Shown: positions 30,408-32,000 of the stretch, piece by piece
How the letters are laid out: each line of letters starts with the position of its first letter
How positions within the stretch are numbered: position 1 is the first letter of the stretch
Origin: Planctomycetales bacterium
GTDB lineage: Bacteria; 4484-113; JAFGCY01
Length of the DNA: 32,000 nucleotides
Direction: 5' to 3'
Assembly (NCBI GenBank): GCA_022646745.1
Contig: CP060262.1
Location: 1,290,001-1,322,000, forward strand
Translations under genes and position numbers: made by a program
The notes under the pieces: generated by a model
Database searches by the model: none
Told to the model about the DNA's origin: nothing
What the model saw: only the letters and a program-made list of their open reading frames with translations

Positions 30408-31985
30408 ATGCTGCAATCGGACAGGCGCAGGCTGCTCAAGAGGCTCGGGGTCGGATGGCTCTGCCTCGTCTGCCTGCTGGCAATCACTGCCGCCGTGCAG
30501 CGCCAGCGTGAACTGACCGGTGTTGAGCGCACGCTGATCGAGAGCCGCTACCGTCACTTCGGGGAGATCGGCCGCCATGCCCGTGAGGAATGGCCGACCT
30601 ACCGCCACTCCTACGCGCTTTATCTGATTGAGAACGGCCGCCGCAAGCCGGAGCTATTGCGCCTGATGCTGATCAGCGAGGCCTGCGTCGTCAAGCATGA
30701 CAGCTACATGAACCGCTACAGCATGAACCTCGACCTGCGCCGGATGCTGATGCGCGAGGTGTTGCCTGCCAACCGTGATGACGCGCTGGTGCACTGGGCC
30801 GCCGGGGTCTGCCTGATGAATGCCAGCCAGTTCGGCGAGGCTGCGGATGAACTGAAGCGCTCGCTGGAACTCGGGCTGGACCTGGACCGCTTCGGCATCG
30901 AGAAACGCGACATACTGCTGCGCATCATGCTGGCAGCGGCGATGGATGGTGACCCTGCCGAGACAATGCAATGGGTGCGTGAAACGCAACTTGGCGAGGA
31001 CCATGCCCTGAACATGATCTATGCGGACCTGCTGTGCCGCCTGTACCTGTATGGTGACTGCATTGACTTCCTGGCGGATGCCGCAGATCCAGCCGACCTC
31101 TCCTGGGTGATCAATGATCCGCTGGCCCCCCAGCCTGCGGGAATGGCAATAGCCAGGCAGTCCAGAGGTGGCCGGATCTACCTGCGTGCGCTCTGGTACG
31201 ACGGGCACTACGGGGAGTTCGGTGAGTTCATGGAGCAGTTTGGCAGCGCTTTGCAGTCAGGCAATCCCATGGTGGAACTGATCACGCAATCAAGTCCCGG
31301 CTGGTTCGGTGGTGTCTATGAAGACGGAGCGGCATTCATGCCGACGATCCGGGCGTCACTGCTGGATGGCAGTCCGCCGGGAAGCGTGGACCAGCTGTTC
31401 TCCGAAACGAACGAGATCAGCATCCGCCACCGCCTGATGGGACTGGCTGAGGGCTATGCCCTGCTCGGCAGGATTGATTGCCACGACCGGCTTGCTGACT
31501 TGCTGGCCAGCGGCAAGCAGCGCCTGGCGGACGGAGCCTACGGCATGCCAAACGAACTGGACTGGTCCGAGCGCAACCAGCTGCAGCAGCTCACCGGCCG
31601 GGCCTACGGACAGCTGTTGCGCGCGGAGGTGCTGCGCCATGACTGGACTGCGGTGCAGCAGCTGATGGATGACAACGAGGACCTTTACTTCTGGCCGACC
31701 CCGCTTGCAATCAGCAGCGCCGGCTTCCTGCTCGGCATCGTCAACGGTGCGGAGGTCGCCGAACTGGCCTCCACACTGGATGGCTGCATCGAGGCCGCGC
31801 CCTTCCTGCTGCATTCGCCGGAGTACTTAGCTGCCTGCGCTGAAGGCGGGCAGGACCCGGACGAGTTGCGTCGTGCACTCGTCAAGGAGCTTTCCCGACC
31901 CAATGACCCGGACGACGGCTGGTACGGTGGCAACGCAGCCTACTGGGACAGTGCCAACGGTGAACTGGACTGGGGCAGCGTCTAA
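30408..31985 (+). CDS. membrane-anchored helical-repeat (TPR-like) protein, unknown function
   Basis: 525-aa ORF. N-terminal anchor is LGVGWLCLVCLLAITAAV. The rest is helix-rich with coding-like composition. No specific motif recognised. Confidence 0.55.
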   Translation: MLQSDRRRLLKRLGVGWLCLVCLLAITAAVQRQRELTGVERTLIESRYRHFGEIGRHAREEWPTYRHSYALYLIENGRRKPELLRLMLISEACVVKHDSYMNRYSMNLDLRRMLMREVLPANRDDALVHWAAGVCLMNASQFGEAADELKRSLELGLDLDRFGIEKRDILLRIMLAAAMDGDPAETMQWVRETQLGEDHALNMIYADLLCRLYLYGDCIDFLADAADPADLSWVINDPLAPQPAGMAIARQSRGGRIYLRALWYDGHYGEFGEFMEQFGSALQSGNPMVELITQSSPGWFGGVYEDGAAFMPTIRASLLDGSPPGSVDQLFSETNEISIRHRLMGLAEGYALLGRIDCHDRLADLLASGKQRLADGAYGMPNELDWSERNQLQQLTGRAYGQLLRAEVLRHDWTAVQQLMDDNEDLYFWPTPLAISSAGFLLGIVNGAEVAELASTLDGCIEAAPFLLHSPEYLAACAEGGQDPDELRRALVKELSRPNDPDDGWYGGNAAYWDSANGELDWGSV

Positions 31986-32000
31986 GGCATCGGCAGCGGC

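Noticed and set aside
1-32000. Genome-wide reassignment of UGA (for example to Gly or Trp)
   Set aside because: TGA terminates several well-delimited genes here, including padR at 7958, the TIR gene at 11806-11808 and both 946-aa genes. The in-frame TGAs occur only at the redox-active Cys position.

Overview
GC-rich (about 60%) bacterial chromosomal segment with about 25 credible genes. It probably comes from a diderm organism, given kdsA and many lipobox signal peptides. No rRNA, tRNA, CRISPR array, transposase or integrase was seen.

Main result: three pairs of ORFs that the six-frame track shows as split are each a single gene. In each pair an in-frame TGA sits exactly where the first Cys of a thioredoxin CxxC motif belongs (W-U-x-x-C). 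Each TGA is followed 9-12 nt later by a hairpin with G/U in its loop, which resembles a bacterial SECIS element. I read these as selenocysteine-containing TlpA/ResA-like lipoproteins. Two of them (1258-1854 and 1885-2418, minus strand) lie in tandem with a Cys-type paralog (521-1153). The third (18382-18942, plus strand) follows a ThiF-like gene and a BON-lipoprotein gene.

Other content:
- A tetR-dinB pair with a clear promoter and operator.
- A padR operon with two tandem membrane proteins whose first 51 residues are identical.
- A single-gene TPR-TIR protein.
- A protein carrying both cohesin-like and dockerin-like modules.
- A Tyr/Gly/Asn-rich secreted protein.
- mnmG with a C-terminal insertion.
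- A DUF348/G5/3D cell-wall protein behind a structured leader.
- kdsA.
- Two tandem 946-aa FN3/PKD/propeller-like lipoprotein paralogs.
- A GxxExxY (PD-(D/E)XK-like) gene bracketed by 10-nt periodic repeat arrays.
- An 870-bp non-coding island full of inverted and direct repeats.

All calls rest on reading motifs by eye; no database search or RNA folding was run. Start codons are the least certain part of the coordinates.
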